64,000 nt of DNA, from NCBI GenBank assembly GCA_965205865.1, contig CBDBHR010000027.1, forward strand, positions 128,001 through 192,000, given 5' to 3'. Below, piece after piece: positions 62,845 through 64,000 of this stretch. Position numbers and translations under genes: made by a program. Position 1 is the first letter of the stretch. Every line of letters starts with the position of its first letter. A model generated the notes under the pieces. It did not search any database. It saw only the letters and a list, made by a program, of their open reading frames with translations, and was not told where the DNA came from. The stretch is from a bacterium (GTDB taxonomy: Bacteria > SAR324 > NAC60-12).

Positions 62845-63999
62845 TCAGTTGACTGTTCTATTCCCGGGTCCATCTTGCCCGGAAATCAAATTCAGTGGAT
62901 GATCGCCGCCCAGTATCGCTTCGAGTTTGCGTGCGCAGGTTCCCAGGGATTGTTCTACAAGTAAAAAACTGGCAAATCCTTGTCCTTGGGCTGGGTCGGT
63001 CGTGAAAAGGAGACCTTGACTTATTTTTTGAGGAGACGACGTCGTAAAAAGAGGAAAACGATCTTCCAGGTTCCTGGCAAAATCCGGAATATTGGCAAAT
63101 CCTGCTGCTTGAATCTCCTTCGCAGTGAGGATTAACCATACGCCCACCCGACGTTGCTTCAGGTGTTTTGACAGTTCGAGAGACAATCGTCCCATGGAAA
63201 ATCTGGGATTGATTTCCACGATCGGTTTGCAACGCAAGAATGGCTTTCCCTTTCTTGCGTCCCGATAAACCAGCAAGTCCACTCCCACTGGTCCCGCATA
63301 CCCTGCCTGCGCAATTGAGGGACTGATGTGTTCAGCAATAGAACGAAGAAAGGAAGGAAGGGATTTGGGCTGATGACGATGGGGTTTATGATGCAGAAAT
63401 TTGAGGAGTTGGATCTCCATCCCCACATCAAAACGACCTACCACCGATCCCCGGTACCTTCCCCTTTTGTCTGTAAAAAAGCGGGTAATCCCCGCAATGG
63501 AAAACTGTTCTTCAGATTGCAAATCAATGTGAAAAGAAAGATCCAGCGCCTTATCCAACCATGGCTCCAGAACCACGCATTTTTGTTGTTCCAGAATTTT
63601 GTCGATTCGTCGTTTTTCCCGGGTGAGGCTATCTCGATTGAACAGCTGAATCATGTTCCGTCCCGAAGCGCCCCAAGCTCCTTTGAGAACCAAATGTTCA
63701 AATCCTTGATCTCTGAAAGCATCGCTTTGTATTTGAAGGTCTTCAAAGCTGCTGGAAACCTTTCCAACTATCGCAGGATCACACCTCCAATGAGAGTCGG
63801 GTGGATCGAATTTCAATAAATCCGCCAATTGTGCCACACTCCAGGCTTTGGAAAAAATAGTCTTTAATCTCCCATTCCATACGGGAACGCATGGCGGGGG
63901 GGCTCCAGGGAGCAAATTGTGAAACAGGGGTTTGAGCAGATGCATACTTTCCGGACTCCATCCCCAAGGGCTTAGTTTAGCAATTTTTCTCTGATAGAT
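62845..63999 (-). CDS. ATP-grasp-like domain protein, C-terminal part (starts beyond window end)
   Basis: Frame open to window edge (..LSPWGWSPESMH..); VLKGAWGASGR, VLEPWL, GPVGVD, VEINPRFSMG. Confidence 0.75.
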   Translation of the reverse strand: MYQRKIAKLSPWGWSPESMHLLKPLFHNLLPGAPPPCVPVWNGRLKTIFSKAWSVAQLADLLKFDPPDSHWRCDPAIVGKVSSSFEDLQIQSDAFRDQGFEHLVLKGAWGASGRNMIQLFNRDSLTREKRRIDKILEQQKCVVLEPWLDKALDLSFHIDLQSEEQFSIAGITRFFTDKRGRYRGSVVGRFDVGMEIQLLKFLHHKPHRHQPKSLPSFLRSIAEHISPSIAQAGYAGPVGVDLLVYRDARKGKPFLRCKPIVEINPRFSMGRLSLELSKHLKQRRVGVWLILTAKEIQAAGFANIPDFARNLEDRFPLFTTSSPQKISQGLLFTTDPAQGQGFASFLLVEQSLGTCARKLEAILGGDHPLNLISGQDGPGNRTVN

Positions 64000-64000
64000 C

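Overview
Bacterial chromosomal window with an AT-rich backbone and several GC-richer, probably acquired blocks (about 4.3-8.0 kb and 16.2-20.3 kb). Gene content looks deltaproteobacterial/SAR324-like, which is a soft inference. 0-20.6 kb is accessory and decaying: an amidase fragment, a broken peptide-binding protein gene, a ParD-like pseudogene, a peptide ABC operon without ATPases, a REP-flanked GIY-YIG nuclease, a gutted ISNCY element and a defence island (ABC/AAA ATPase plus PD-(D/E)XK-like protein, XamI-like REase pseudogene, disrupted tandem-HEPN-like gene, intact type IIG/IIL RM enzyme). 20.9-27.9 kb is a heme-copper oxidase operon whose subunit I keeps the D-channel residues but lacks the canonical K-channel Thr/Lys. 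The rest is mostly housekeeping (trmJ, tsaE/B, dnaG, rpoD, glnS, lysS, carA, ahcY, plsX, rpmF, tRNA-Gln, hflK, folD) plus a cfa-like methylase/FAD reductase/acyltransferase lipid operon. The most striking structure is one family of GTC...GAC palindromic doublets. It sits at the centre of at least three unrelated MITE-like shells (two with clean target-site duplications, one nested in another) and also brackets a stand-alone GIY-YIG nuclease gene, suggesting a REPIN/RAYT-like system run by a GIY-YIG enzyme. All calls are from reading the sequence by eye; no database search was run.
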